Positions 7,908 to 18,603 are shown, numbered from the stretch's first letter. The stretch is DNA of 64,000 nucleotides from Candidatus Komeilibacteria bacterium (GCA_043801745.1 JAZDLR010000016.1:70331-134330), one strand, 5' to 3'. Numbers and translations: made by a program. The notes: generated from the letters alone by a model not told the origin.

Positions 7908-9929
7908 ATGGTAACTACCATTGTGTTTCCTTTGCTGGCAGCGGTACTGGCTATTGCTGCCGGTCTATTATTGGCCCGCCGTGTTATGAGCCAGTCGGCT
8001 GGTACGGATAAGATGAAAGAAATCGCCGGTGCTATTCAGCAAGGCGCCAAGGCTTTCCTTAACCGTCAATATAAGACCGTGGCTTTTATCGCACTGCCAT
8101 TATTTCTAATTATCGGTTTTATTCCAGCTTTGGGTTGGTCGACGGCCGTCAGCTTCATTATTGGCGCTACCCTATCAGCCGCTGCCGGAATTATCGGCAT
8201 GAATGTGGCGGTCCGGGCCAACGTCAGAACCGCGGCCGCTGCCAATAATGGGTTAGCTCCGGCTTTACGTACGGCGGTTTTTGGTGGAGCGGTAACCGGA
8301 TTTCTGGTAGTTGGTTTGGGACTTTTGGGAGTGGCCGGTTTGTACGGCCTGGGCATGAGCGTCAATCACTTGATTGGCCTAACTTTTGGTTCTAGTTTAA
8401 TATCTGTTTTCGCGCGTTTAGGCGGCGGTATTTTTACTAAAGCAGCTGATGTGGGCGCTGATTTGGTGGGCAAGGTGGAAGCCGGCATTCCGGAGGATGA
8501 TCCGCGCAACCCGGCTACCATTGCCGACAATGTTGGTGATAATGTGGGCGATTGCGCCGGTATGGCCGCTGATTTATTTGAAACTTATGCAGTGACCTCG
8601 GTGATCACCATGTTGGTTGGCAGTCTGACCTATGTTGGTAAAGAGGAGGCAATTCTTTACCCACTAATTATTGGTGGTGTTTCGGTGATCAGCTCTTTGA
8701 TTGGATTATTCTTTATCCGTTTAGGCAAGGGCAAAAATATTATGGGCGCTCTTTATAAGGGTCTGATCGCGGCCGGAGTTTTGTCGGCTATTATTCTTTA
8801 CCCTATCACCACGTCCATGATGAGTGACTTGGTTAGCGTTAAAGCCCTAAATATTTACTGGTCAGCTTTGATTGGTTTGGCGGTTACTGCTTTTATGGTG
8901 GTTATTACGGAGTATTATACTTCCACTAAATACCGCCCGGTCCAGAATGTGGCCAAAGCCTCAGTTACCGGACACGGTACCAATGTTATTGCCGGTCTGG
9001 CCCTGTCTATGCGCTCGACGATTTGGCCCGCCCTGGTTATTATTATCGCCATCTTGTCCAGTTTCTGGTTGGCCGGTATTTATGGTGTGGCCATTGCGGC
9101 CATGGCCATGCTGTCCTTAGCAGGTATGATAGTTACTATTGATGCTTATGGACCGATTGCTGATAATGCCGGCGGTATCGCCGAAATGAGCGGTATGGAT
9201 AAAAATATTCGCGATGACATTATTGATCCTTTGGATGCTGTTGGGAATACCACCAAGGCCGTGACCAAGGGTTATGCTATTGCTTCGGCCGGCCTGGCAG
9301 CTCTAGTACTATTCTATGCTTATGTAACAGAAATTCAGCGGGCCGGTGCCAGTATCATCTTTGAATTATCTAATCCTTATGTGGTGGCCGGTTTGTTACT
9401 GGGTGGCTTGCTGCCGTTCTGGTTCTCATCGCTGTCCATGGAAGCGGTGGGTAAAGCAGCTGGCGCGGTAGTGGAAGAGGTGCGCTCACAATTTAAGAAT
9501 GATCCCGGTATTATGGCCGGAACTTCTAAACCTAATTATGCCCGCGCTGTTGACATTGTGACGTTGTCGGCTTTACGTCAGATGATTGTGCCAGCTTTGA
9601 TTCCGGTTTTGGCTCCGATTATTTTGGCTGTGATATTTATCAGACACGGCGAGCTGGCCATTCTGACAATTGGCGGTATGCTGATCGGCAGCATTGTCAC
9701 CGGTCTGTTCTTGGCTATTTCTATGACCTCTGGCGGCGGCGCTTGGGATAATGCTAAAAAATATATTGAAAAAGGCAATTTTGGCGGCAAGGGCAGCGAT
9801 GCTCATAAGGCCGCGGTTACCGGTGATACGGTCGGCGATCCTTACAAAGATACTGCCGGCCCGGCGATTAATCCGATGATTAAGATTCTTAATATTGTGG
9901 CTCTACTTTTGGTTGCCTTATTACTCTAA
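7908..9929 (+). CDS. hppA: membrane-bound pyrophosphatase, probably K+-independent H+-translocating
   Basis: [20 protein letters not shown]; GNTTKA carries the Lys diagnostic of K+-independent enzymes. Confidence 0.95.
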   Translation: MVTTIVFPLLAAVLAIAAGLLLARRVMSQSAGTDKMKEIAGAIQQGAKAFLNRQYKTVAFIALPLFLIIGFIPALGWSTAVSFIIGATLSAAAGIIGMNVAVRANVRTAAAANNGLAPALRTAVFGGAVTGFLVVGLGLLGVAGLYGLGMSVNHLIGLTFGSSLISVFARLGGGIFTKAADVGADLVGKVEAGIPEDDPRNPATIADNVGDNVGDCAGMAADLFETYAVTSVITMLVGSLTYVGKEEAILYPLIIGGVSVISSLIGLFFIRLGKGKNIMGALYKGLIAAGVLSAIILYPITTSMMSDLVSVKALNIYWSALIGLAVTAFMVVITEYYTSTKYRPVQNVAKASVTGHGTNVIAGLALSMRSTIWPALVIIIAILSSFWLAGIYGVAIAAMAMLSLAGMIVTIDAYGPIADNAGGIAEMSGMDKNIRDDIIDPLDAVGNTTKAVTKGYAIASAGLAALVLFYAYVTEIQRAGASIIFELSNPYVVAGLLLGGLLPFWFSSLSMEAVGKAAGAVVEEVRSQFKNDPGIMAGTSKPNYARAVDIVTLSALRQMIVPALIPVLAPIILAVIFIRHGELAILTIGGMLIGSIVTGLFLAISMTSGGGAWDNAKKYIEKGNFGGKGSDAHKAAVTGDTVGDPYKDTAGPAINPMIKILNIVALLLVALLL

Positions 9930-11215
9930 TGAATATTCAAGAAAAAAAGCTGGACCACGGTCAGCTGCAACTTACTATTGAGTTAGCAGTTGATGAGTTG
10001 GTGCCATATATTGAGCGGGCCGCCAGCAGGCTGGCTCAAACAACGGCCATCGCGGGATTCCGTCCGGGTAAGGCTCCTCTGGAATTAGTCAAGTCGCATT
10101 TAGGCGAGATGAAGATCTGGCAGGAGGCCGCTCAATTGGCTGTTCCCAAAACTCTGCATCAGGCGATTCAGGAAAAGCATCTAATTACTGTGGGTCAGCC
10201 GGATGTAACATTAGAAAAATTAGCTCCCAATAACCCCCTGGTTTTTACCGCCACCATGGCTTTGATGCCCGAAGTGACCCTGGGTAAATGGCAAGCACTG
10301 AAAATGCCTCTGGATGAAGTTACAGTCAGTAGTGAAGAGGTAGATAAAGTGGTCAATGATTTTGCTTCCTGGCAGGCGACAGAAACTATTGCTGACCGGC
10401 CAGCGCAGCTGAAGGATAAAGTTGAGGTTGATTTCGAAGTATTAGTTGACGGTGTAGTAATTGAGGGCGGCAAAGCTATAAAGTACCCGATGATTTTAGG
10501 TTCTAGCAGTATGATCCCGGGCATGGAAGAACAAATAATTGGGCTTAAGGCTGGTGAGGAAAAAGAATTTGATCTGACTTTTCCCCAAGAATATTTTCAG
10601 GCCTCCTTGGCCGGCAAACAAGCTCGCTTCCAAGTGAAAGTAGTTACTGTAATGCAGCGCAATCTACCTATCATCAATGATGACTGGGCGCAGAAATTAG
10701 TTCATAAAACATTATTGGAATGGCGGCAGGAATTGCGCGCCAGTATTATGGCTGATAAGCAAGCCGAGAAGGCGCGTGAGTGGGAAAACAGTATCATGGA
10801 ACAGATTATTGGCGTCAGTACTTTCGGCGAAATACCGAAGACACTGCTGGCTAATGAAATTTCTAAAATGTTGCACGAGCTGCAGCATAGTGTGGAGCAG
10901 CGCCGGATGAAGTGGGCTGATTATTTACAGGGTATGAAGAAAACTGAAGAGCAGTTGAAACAAGAGTTCGAACCTACAGCCACGAACCGCGTGAAAGCCG
11001 CTTTGATTATGCGGCAAATTGCCAAGGATTCGGCCATGACTATAACCCTAGAAGAGTTGGAGCAGGATCTGGCCGCCCAGGAACAGCAGTATCAGGGTAA
11101 TGAGCAGGCCTTAGAAGTGGTGCATAGTCCGGAATACAAAGAGTATATGGAAAACGTTTTGATTAACCGCAAGGTAATGCAGTTGATTCGAGAAACCATT
11201 AATACCGAGAAATAA
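9929..11215 (+). CDS. tig: trigger factor
   Basis: GFRPGKAP signature; FKBP-like domain. Confidence 0.95.
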   Translation: MNIQEKKLDHGQLQLTIELAVDELVPYIERAASRLAQTTAIAGFRPGKAPLELVKSHLGEMKIWQEAAQLAVPKTLHQAIQEKHLITVGQPDVTLEKLAPNNPLVFTATMALMPEVTLGKWQALKMPLDEVTVSSEEVDKVVNDFASWQATETIADRPAQLKDKVEVDFEVLVDGVVIEGGKAIKYPMILGSSSMIPGMEEQIIGLKAGEEKEFDLTFPQEYFQASLAGKQARFQVKVVTVMQRNLPIINDDWAQKLVHKTLLEWRQELRASIMADKQAEKAREWENSIMEQIIGVSTFGEIPKTLLANEISKMLHELQHSVEQRRMKWADYLQGMKKTEEQLKQEFEPTATNRVKAALIMRQIAKDSAMTITLEELEQDLAAQEQQYQGNEQALEVVHSPEYKEYMENVLINRKVMQLIRETINTEK

Positions 11216-11318
11216 TTATTTATTATAGTAGAAAACCCACCCCTCTCATTGACGCCAGGCGTCTTGATCGGGGTGGGTTTTAGTTCGGGGAACGAATGGT
11301 TGAGTCGAGGTAGTGGTC

Positions 11319-11642
11319 TTAATTCACCTTCTCGCCCTCTCCCGACAGTAGGTGTAGCGTATCGCGGTAGAACTCCGCGGCGTCCATAACCTGAATCGGA
11401 TCGAAACTCAGAGAGAGACCCCCCGAATCATCATCAAATTCCAGTTGCGGCGAAGAGGCCAACTGGAGATTCTTGCCATCGGTGCGTTTGATGGCCTGTT
11501 CTAACCATAGCCGCAGAAACACCAGGAAGTCATACTCCACTTCGTTAAGTGGCGAAAGTGATGGTGCCACTTCGGGCCGCTGCGGACTATCAATAGCCTT
11601 GGCTGTCATTGCGCTGAGAACAACTGTGCTTCTTTTGGCCAT
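11319..11642 (-). CDS. hypothetical protein
   Basis: GGAGG SD before ATG 11642. Confidence 0.6.
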   Translation of the reverse strand: MAKRSTVVLSAMTAKAIDSPQRPEVAPSLSPLNEVEYDFLVFLRLWLEQAIKRTDGKNLQLASSPQLEFDDDSGGLSLSFDPIQVMDAAEFYRDTLHLLSGEGEKVN

Positions 11643-11707
11643 TGATCCTCCGGGATTAAGGTACGTTACAATGGACAAAGCTTAAAGTATTGATGATTTA
11701 TTGGCAA

Positions 11708-11770
11708 GCCCCGTTAGAAAGAATGTTTCTAACGGGGCAAGTCCCGCTAAAATGAACCTTCTAACAGGGT
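11708..11770. repeat. CCCCGTTAGAA...TTCTAACGGGG family: one perfect and one degenerate tandem copy
   Basis: gccccgttagaaa-gaatg-tttctaacggggc, then tcccgctaaaa...ttctaacagggt. Confidence 0.75.
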
Positions 11771-11798
11771 AAGAGCGGGTGTGTTACAATATCCCTAT

Positions 11799-12656
11799 AT
11801 GTATTTCGGTTTTCACGCTTCAGCCGCCGGCGGAGTAGATAAGGCGCCGGCCCGGGCCGCTTCCGAAGGAGCGGAGGTTTTTCAGTTTTTCTCCCGCTCA
11901 CCGCGCGGAGGCAGCGCACCGGCATTGACCTTGGCCCTAATAAATAATTGGCAGGCTGAATTAAAAAAAAATAAAATCCGGGGCACTTATATTCACAGCC
12001 CATATTATATTAATTTTGCTTCAGATAATAATCGTATCCGTTATGGCTCAATCAGTGTGATTAGAGACGAATTGGAGCGGGGTAGTACCCTGGGAGTTAA
12101 GGGTTTAATGACGCATCTCGGCAGCGCGAAAAATGTGGGCGAGAAAAAGGGCACCCAGATGGTGATTGAGGGTCTGGTTAAAGTTTTAACCGGTTATAAG
12201 GGAACTACCAAATTTTTGTTAGAAAACAGCGCCGGCTCCGGCGCTATAATCGGTGATACTATTGATGAATTGGCCGTGATTATTAAACAAGTTGAAAAGA
12301 AATTAAAGAAAAAGAATACATTGGGTGTCTGTTGGGATACGCAACACGGCTTTGCTTCGGGTTATGATCTGCGCACGAAGAAAGCCACTGATTTCTGGCT
12401 AAAGGAATTTAATAAAAAAATTGGCCTGAAGCGTCTGATGTTAATTCACGCCAATGACTCTAAGCCGGAATTAGGCAGCCACGTGGACCGTCATGCGGAT
12501 ATTGGCCAGGGGAAGATTGGATTGGAGGCGTTTAAAATTTTAATTCATCAACCGAAACTTCGTATAGTTGATTTGATTTTAGAAACTCCGGCGGAAACTA
12601 AGACCTACGCTCAAACTATTAAACAATTTAAACAATTTCGTGATGACTCAAAATAA
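11799..12656 (+). CDS. nfo: endonuclease IV (AP endonuclease 2)
   Basis: HSPYYINFAS, LLENSAG, CWDTQH, HANDSK, DRH, ILETP. Confidence 0.95.
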   Translation: MYFGFHASAAGGVDKAPARAASEGAEVFQFFSRSPRGGSAPALTLALINNWQAELKKNKIRGTYIHSPYYINFASDNNRIRYGSISVIRDELERGSTLGVKGLMTHLGSAKNVGEKKGTQMVIEGLVKVLTGYKGTTKFLLENSAGSGAIIGDTIDELAVIIKQVEKKLKKKNTLGVCWDTQHGFASGYDLRTKKATDFWLKEFNKKIGLKRLMLIHANDSKPELGSHVDRHADIGQGKIGLEAFKILIHQPKLRIVDLILETPAETKTYAQTIKQFKQFRDDSK

Positions 12657-13425
12657 ATTTGTTGCAGTTGCTAAACGAGCAGTATTAGCTGGTGGCAAGG
12701 TTGCTTTGGCTGGTTTTCAAAAATTGGATCGTTCGCAAGTGGCCATAAAGAAACGGGATCAAGAATTAGTTACTAAATATGATATAGCGGCCGAACGGGT
12801 AATTCGGCGGGTGATTTTGCAATCATTCCCCGGCGCCTACATTTTAGGTGAGGAAAAGGGCAGAAGCGGCAAAAAGAGTCCCTATCAGTGGGCTATTGAT
12901 CCGATTGACGGCACGACTAATTTTACTATTCACAGCCCCGAATTCGGAGTTTCGGTTGGCGTTTTATATAATGGTCAGTCAATTGCTGGCGCGATTTATA
13001 TCCCCGTTACTAAGGAACTTTTTTGGGCCAGTAAGGGTCGGGGAGCATATTTAGGAGGCAGAAAGATTAAGGTATCCGGGGTTGATTCTTTTGACCGAGC
13101 GGTAATAGATTTTGAATTTAGTCATGAGAAAAATTATAGTGTGCAGATCCTTCCCTGGTTTGAAAAATTAACTGCCCGGGGAATAAAATTGCGGCACTTT
13201 GGTTGCGACACTTTAAGCCTGTCTTATTTGGCTTGCGGCCGGATAGACGCTACGATTATGTCAGCCGCTAAACCGTGGGATGTCGCTGCTGGGCAGTTAA
13301 TCGCGACCGAAGCCGGCGCCAAATTCACCGATATTAATGGGCGACCGGTGACGGATCTGTCTTGTCCTATGATTGCCGGTAACGTTAAAATCCATAAATT
13401 ATTGTTGGGCAGTTTAAAAAGATGA
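12643..13425 (+). CDS. suhB: inositol monophosphatase family protein
   Basis: GEE, WAIDPIDGTTNF, PWDVAAG. Confidence 0.92.
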   Translation: MTQNKFVAVAKRAVLAGGKVALAGFQKLDRSQVAIKKRDQELVTKYDIAAERVIRRVILQSFPGAYILGEEKGRSGKKSPYQWAIDPIDGTTNFTIHSPEFGVSVGVLYNGQSIAGAIYIPVTKELFWASKGRGAYLGGRKIKVSGVDSFDRAVIDFEFSHEKNYSVQILPWFEKLTARGIKLRHFGCDTLSLSYLACGRIDATIMSAAKPWDVAAGQLIATEAGAKFTDINGRPVTDLSCPMIAGNVKIHKLLLGSLKR

Positions 13426-13664
13426 TTGTGGCTGTTAAAGTAATACCCCGAAGCAGACAGGCCGGTTGTGCCTGGCGGGAGAACACGTTAATTATTAAAG
13501 TCACTAAACCGGCCAGTGAAGGCCAGGCAACCGAAGCAGCCCGGCGCGCCCTAGCCAAGATCTTATCGTTGCCCGTGAATTCTGTTATACTAGTTTCGGG
13601 TGTAAAAAGCCGTAATAAATTATTTTCGCTACCTGATGATGTCGGGTGGCCACCACAATTATGA
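13422..13664 (+). CDS. DUF167/YggU family protein
   Basis: VKVIPRS, P..EGQA, SGVKSRNK. Confidence 0.8.
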   Translation: MIVAVKVIPRSRQAGCAWRENTLIIKVTKPASEGQATEAARRALAKILSLPVNSVILVSGVKSRNKLFSLPDDVGWPPQL

Positions 13665-13798
13665 ATCTTTCCAGCCGCTTCCTTGTCATGCTCAACGTCC
13701 TGTTCTTTTTTGTTATTGTCGGCATTGTGATATATTTTCAAGCCAGAAGTTATGAAGATCATGTGAATATGGCGATTCAAACAATGCAGAATAGTTGA
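13661..13798 (+). CDS. 45-aa single-TM peptide
   Basis: ATGA overlap with upstream stop; hydrophobic N-terminal half. Confidence 0.5.
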   Translation: MNLSSRFLVMLNVLFFFVIVGIVIYFQARSYEDHVNMAIQTMQNS

Positions 13799-13932
13799 AG
13801 AATAGGAGGTAGAAGTTTGAAGTAAGAAGTTGGGAAAATAAAAAAAGACGATCAGAGGATCAGTTTTTTTGTTTTCTGGAACCCTTGATTTTTTTAGAAA
13901 TGATGTTATTATAGGCCTTGATCGATAATTCT

Positions 13933-13983
13933 GCGAGAGTAGTTTCGGCCAAAGGCCGATCCGCCTGTGGCGGACAGTGGTAG
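13933..13983 (+). pseudogene. tRNA-Gly 5' fragment interrupted by a 30-nt double hairpin
   Basis: gcgagagtagtt|tcggccaaaggccga tccgcctgtggcgga|cagtggtag; flanks identical to the first 21 nt of tRNA-Gly at 14023. Confidence 0.85.
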
Positions 13984-14022
13984 GCCAGGTTGAATGGATG
14001 GTAGTAAAATATATTTTTTTAC

Positions 14023-14097
<75 letters not shown>

Positions 14098-14350
14098 CCC
14101 TACGTTCAGCGAAGCTGAACTTCGGGTGGCCTTTGGCCACACGAATCGCCGTAGGCGAAGTAGGGTAGTCGCGCGTAGCCTTGGCGTAGTGTGACAGTGT
14201 TAAATAATTACCTCATGGGAGGTCTTATTTGTATCTAGGCAATAATTGGATTTCAGACTACAATTATTCCGCGCCTCTTTTTTAAAGACGAAAAGGGCAT
14301 ACACAAATAAATATCTTGCTTTTGCGTCTACCATATGATAAGATTAAATT

Positions 14351-14824
14351 ATGCGCCAACGGACCTGGACCATCAATCAATTAAAAAAAGCTGTTAAAGT
14401 ATCTTTTAGTTATAGACAGGTTTTGAATAGGTTGGGGTTGCGTGAGGCTGGCGGCAACTATGACCAGTTGAAAAAATATATTGAAGAGTATAAGCTATCA
14501 ACGAAGCATTTTAAGGGCCGTGGGTGGAATAGAGGAATGCGGGGAATTGGTATAGTAAGGATCCCATTAAAAAAGATTTTAGTAAAAAATAGCACCTTTC
14601 AGAGTTATAAATTAAAAAAACGTTTATTTGCCGTTAAACTCAAACCGCAGTACTGTGAACTGTGCCATTGGGCCGAGAAAACCAAAGATGGATATTTACC
14701 ACTAGAATTGGACCATATTAATGGTGATCGTCATGATAATCGCTTGAAAAATTTAAGAATACTTTGCCCCAACTGTCATAGTCTACAACCAACACATCGA
14801 AGTAGAAAGAGACAACGAAGATAA
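14351..14824 (+). CDS. HNH endonuclease (zinc-binding) abutting tRNA-Leu
   Basis: CELC...LELDHINGDRHDNRLKNLRILCPNCH; stop ends immediately before the tRNA. Confidence 0.9.
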   Translation: MRQRTWTINQLKKAVKVSFSYRQVLNRLGLREAGGNYDQLKKYIEEYKLSTKHFKGRGWNRGMRGIGIVRIPLKKILVKNSTFQSYKLKKRLFAVKLKPQYCELCHWAEKTKDGYLPLELDHINGDRHDNRLKNLRILCPNCHSLQPTHRSRKRQRR

Positions 14825-14909
14825 GCCGAGGTGGCGAAATTGGTATACGCACAGCACTTAAAATGCTGCGGAGCAATCCTTGCGGGTTCGAGTCCCGCCC
14901 TCGGCACCA
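14825..14909 (+). tRNA. tRNA-Leu(TAA)
   Basis: Loop CTTAAAA; long variable arm; CCA. Confidence 0.97.
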
Positions 14910-14923
14910 CTGAATATAATAAT

Positions 14924-15445
14924 ATGAGCCTTATAACCCAGGACGATGAATTATTAGACCTTGTCGATGAAAACGACAAGGTTATTGGTTGCCAGAAACG
15001 TTCAGAGATATATGCGCAGGGTATTTCGAACTTTCGAGTAGTCAACGCTTTTTTGGTTAATTCAAATAATGAATTGTGGATACCGCGGCGTTCGGCTGAT
15101 AAAAGGATTTATCCGCTCTGTTTAGATATGAGCATGGGTGGTCACGTAGCCAGCGGAGAGACCTATGAACAAGCGTTCAAACGTGAAACCCAAGAAGAGC
15201 TAAATATTGATATCGAAAAAGCCGATGTGCGTTTACTTGGGCATCTGACGCCGGTGAAAGATGACGTGTCAGCGCATATGAATGTTTATGAAATAAAGAG
15301 TGATCAGGTACCTAATTATAATAATAATGATTTCACGGAATATTATTGGTTAACCTCAGACGCACTATTGCTTAAAATTACCGCCGGTGATAATGCAAAA
15401 AGTGATTTAGCTAAACTAGTTAAAATTTTTTACAATAACAAATAA
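14924..15445 (+). CDS. NUDIX hydrolase (IDI/YfcD-like)
   Basis: GGHVASGETYEQAFKRETQEELNI Nudix box. Confidence 0.9.
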   Translation: MSLITQDDELLDLVDENDKVIGCQKRSEIYAQGISNFRVVNAFLVNSNNELWIPRRSADKRIYPLCLDMSMGGHVASGETYEQAFKRETQEELNIDIEKADVRLLGHLTPVKDDVSAHMNVYEIKSDQVPNYNNNDFTEYYWLTSDALLLKITAGDNAKSDLAKLVKIFYNNK

Positions 15446-15523
15446 TTATTTAGTAATATTGACGGCGGCATTACTATTAAAGGAGCAGCTTGCGCTGTTT
15501 TTTATTATCCATTACACTGGTTT

Positions 15524-15718
15524 CATGCGCTGGGCTCCGGCAACATGTGGAGCTTATGCTACGCCGAGTTGTAGCGCGCATCTTTGCCTAGGGAAGAATA
15601 AGGCGGCCGCGTATCATGGATACACACAAACTGGTAACGGGCCGACCCCCGTAATTCTTTCCACAGCGGGATTCTTCCCAACCTCACGTTGTCTCGGCTC
15701 GCGTGAGGTTATTTTATT
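15524..15718 (+). ncRNA. candidate ~190-nt structured RNA with own promoter and terminator
   Basis: TTGCGC-17-TACACT at 15490-15518; nested helices; terminal hairpin plus U-rich tail. Confidence 0.4.
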
Positions 15719-15731
15719 TCTAATGGGATTG

Positions 15732-15791
15732 ACCCTGTAAGATAATATGATATCTAACAGGGTTGACAAATCATGGGTATCTTATTAAGGT
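15732..15791 (+). promoter_or_regulatory. inverted-repeat family copy fused to a TTGACA-17-TAAGGT promoter
   Basis: accctgtaagat...atctaacagggTTGACA. Confidence 0.55.
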
Positions 15792-15847
15792 GCCGATATT
15801 ACCTGTTCGTTTCGTTTTTTTAACAATCTAACCAAAGGAGCTGGACC

Positions 15848-16405
15848 GTGGCGAAAAAGAAAGTGGTCAAACAGCCGAAAGATCTGACCGAATTTCGTTT
15901 GGATATGGAAAGGATCGGTGAGTTGGAGCGCCAGATTGAAGGCGCGCAGTTGAATGCCGAGGATCAGATGGCGGCTATTCGCGCAAGCTTGCAACACAGA
16001 CTTGATCCTCGGGTAAAAGAACTGTCGGATCTGCTCGGCGGCTTGGTTGCCTTTGCGGAAGCTAACAAAGTCGCTCTGACTGATGCCGGCAAGTTGCGGA
16101 CCATTCAGCTCGGCGACGACAACTGGTTTGGTTGGCGCCTGTCTCCGCCCGGGGTGGAAATCCGCGGAGAAAAGGCGGTAATCAAGCGGCTTCAAGAAGC
16201 CGGGCTTGATCGTTTCATTCGTCAGACTCCGAAGATTGACCGCGAGGCCATGCTCAAGGATCGGGCAGCTGCCACGGCTGTTGTCGGAGTCAAGATCGTG
16301 CAGCGTGATGACTTGGTGATTCATCCGGCCAACCTGAATGCGGACGTGATTCCCGGACGTGGCAGTAGCTACCGCGTGGAGGGTCGGAAGAAACCGGCCA
16401 GCTGA
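15848..16405 (+). CDS. Mu Gam-like host-nuclease inhibitor (DNA end-binding)
   Basis: IGELERQI coiled coil; FAEANKVALT; GWRLSPPGV; FIRQTPKIDREAML match my recollection of the phage Mu Gam family. Confidence 0.85.
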   Translation: MAKKKVVKQPKDLTEFRLDMERIGELERQIEGAQLNAEDQMAAIRASLQHRLDPRVKELSDLLGGLVAFAEANKVALTDAGKLRTIQLGDDNWFGWRLSPPGVEIRGEKAVIKRLQEAGLDRFIRQTPKIDREAMLKDRAAATAVVGVKIVQRDDLVIHPANLNADVIPGRGSSYRVEGRKKPAS

Positions 16406-16422
16406 ACCAAGGAGGTTGTCCG

Positions 16423-16608
16423 ATGATACTTAGGGGCATGGTGGTTCTCTTCGTTCTGGTCGTGGGTGCCTTGCTGGGCGCGATTGCTGACTCGGCCCTG
16501 CACATCAGCTGGGAGCATTGTTCTTTCAAGGCCCAGATGACACACAAGTTGATGTATACACTGTGGGGTGCGATCATTGTGCTGATCGCCGGCCTGGTTA
16601 AGGTATAG
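16423..16608 (+). CDS. small 2-TM membrane protein
   Basis: AAGGAGG SD; two hydrophobic stretches. Confidence 0.65.
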   Translation: MILRGMVVLFVLVVGALLGAIADSALHISWEHCSFKAQMTHKLMYTLWGAIIVLIAGLVKV

Positions 16609-16700
16609 ATTGAGAGCATGATGTTTCCACCGCTCCGGCGACTCGTCGGGGCGGTGCTTTATTTTTTGACTACAAAGTTGGGGTGCCGTACAATGGCAGT

Positions 16701-17435
16701 ATGTCAGTATCAAAGGGACGGATTATAGTTATTATCACAGCTCTGTTTATTTTGGCAGTAATTGTGGTTACCAGCCGGGCGTTATTTTCTACCGGACAGG
16801 TGGTGCCTAATTTTTTTATGGTGCCCAAAGTGTTAATTTCTTCCGCGATTAAACTGGATAAAATTTACAGCGACACCAGTAATAAGTTAACTTGGCGCTA
16901 TCCTAGTGATTGGCTGGTGCAAGATAGTAGTCAGGAAGCCAAGCCAACACCATTTAAAGCGCAACAACTGCTTAGCGTAGATCCTCGGTTACCATTTGTG
17001 GAAATCAGTCATGTGATGATCAGCAGTCAGAACTACCCCTTGGAATGTCAGAACACTGATCCGTCACTGGAAGCTTGCGCCGGCCGATCACTGATAACCG
17101 GGGGCTTTCTGGATTTACATGTGATGTATCACCGTGAAGTCACGATGGCAGATATTATGGCTACAGCGACAACAACTTGGGTCAGTAGTGGTGCCATTAG
17201 TGAGTCGCCAATTAAATTGGCTGGACGCGCCATTTATGAGTGGAACGGTTTAAATTGCGGTCCAAAATGTTATATTTTACGGGCCCTGATTATTCCCCTG
17301 GGAGAGCATACAACTATACAACTATTTGCCAATGTTTACGTTAATGAAAATCTTAATCAGCAAGATTTGGCCAATACTTTGCGGTCTTACCAAGAACAGC
17401 TGGACGCTATCATCGCCAGCCTGACAATACAATGA
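16701..17435 (+). CDS. hypothetical membrane-anchored protein
   Basis: N-terminal TM; WRYPSDW (PsbP-like) motif. Confidence 0.7.
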   Translation: MSVSKGRIIVIITALFILAVIVVTSRALFSTGQVVPNFFMVPKVLISSAIKLDKIYSDTSNKLTWRYPSDWLVQDSSQEAKPTPFKAQQLLSVDPRLPFVEISHVMISSQNYPLECQNTDPSLEACAGRSLITGGFLDLHVMYHREVTMADIMATATTTWVSSGAISESPIKLAGRAIYEWNGLNCGPKCYILRALIIPLGEHTTIQLFANVYVNENLNQQDLANTLRSYQEQLDAIIASLTIQ

Positions 17436-18550
17436 GTACGGCAAAACGCTGGATTATTTGTGGGGGGATATTGGTGGTGTTAATTATTATTAATGTTTTT
17501 TATTTACTTAATATACCGACCAGCCGGAAAGTCAAAGCTCCTGGCAGACAGTTTATGGTGCAGCAGGCTGAAGCGCCCCAGCAACTAGCACAGCCCAAAG
17601 ACGAAACCATTACTCTATTAGCAGTTGGCGATATTATGCTGTCGCGTAATGTGGCCGCGACTCTTAAAAAGGAAAATGATCTGCACTATCCTTTTTCATC
17701 TTTACAGCCGTTAATTTCGCGGGCCGATATTGCTTTTGGTAATTTAGAATCACCGATTACACCCGGTCCGGTGATTCAGACCGGATCCTTTACCTTTCAC
17801 GCTGACCCGGGCATTGAGCAGAGCCTGGCTTGGGCCGGATTTGATGTTTTGTCTTTAGCTAATAATCACTTTCCTAATTACGGTGCTAAAGGAATTGCTG
17901 ATACCAGAAATTTATTAGATCAGGCCGGAATTAGATATACCGGTGCCGGTGCTAATATTGAGCAGGCCTTAACACCGGCCATTAGGGAAGTTTGCGGTAA
18001 AAAGTTCGGCTTTCTGGCTTTTAATGACGGCGATGTAGTACCGACAGCTTATGGCGCAACTAAAAAAAACGCCGGAACAGCTTTAATGAATGTAGATACT
18101 CTGAAACAAGCCGTAACCAGTTTACGGCCGCAAGTTGATTATGTGATTGTGTCTATGCATTCAGGCACGGAATATTCGGCTGTTCCGAATCAGCGGCAAA
18201 TTGATTTTGCTCACGCGGCCATTGATAATGGCGCGGATTTAGTCATTGGCCATCATCCACATGTAGTTCAGAGTATAGAAAAATATCAGGGCAAGTACAT
18301 TTTATATAGTTTGGGTAATTTTATTTTTGATCAGATGTTTTCTACCGAGACACGCCAAGGATTAATGGCCGAAATCAGTTTTGATGATCAGGGTGTTAAT
18401 GATATTGTTCTTTTACCCACACAGATTGAAAATTATAGTCAGCCGCAAATTTTAGATTTAACTAAAGCCGGAGATATTCAAAGAAGATTAAAAATTTCAT
18501 TAGCCACTACGACGCTGGATAACTTTTCTGTTTGGAGAATTGACAAATAA
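17432..18550 (+). CDS. CapA family (poly-gamma-glutamate synthesis) metallophosphatase-fold protein
   Basis: VGDIML, GNLESP, SLANNH, HSGTEY, GHHPHV, YSLGNF. Confidence 0.92.
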   Translation: MSTAKRWIICGGILVVLIIINVFYLLNIPTSRKVKAPGRQFMVQQAEAPQQLAQPKDETITLLAVGDIMLSRNVAATLKKENDLHYPFSSLQPLISRADIAFGNLESPITPGPVIQTGSFTFHADPGIEQSLAWAGFDVLSLANNHFPNYGAKGIADTRNLLDQAGIRYTGAGANIEQALTPAIREVCGKKFGFLAFNDGDVVPTAYGATKKNAGTALMNVDTLKQAVTSLRPQVDYVIVSMHSGTEYSAVPNQRQIDFAHAAIDNGADLVIGHHPHVVQSIEKYQGKYILYSLGNFIFDQMFSTETRQGLMAEISFDDQGVNDIVLLPTQIENYSQPQILDLTKAGDIQRRLKISLATTTLDNFSVWRIDK

Positions 18551-18603
18551 CTACCGTGAGATAAGATGGCGTGTGTGCAGTTCGTTTTTCAGGAGGGAGG
18601 CCT

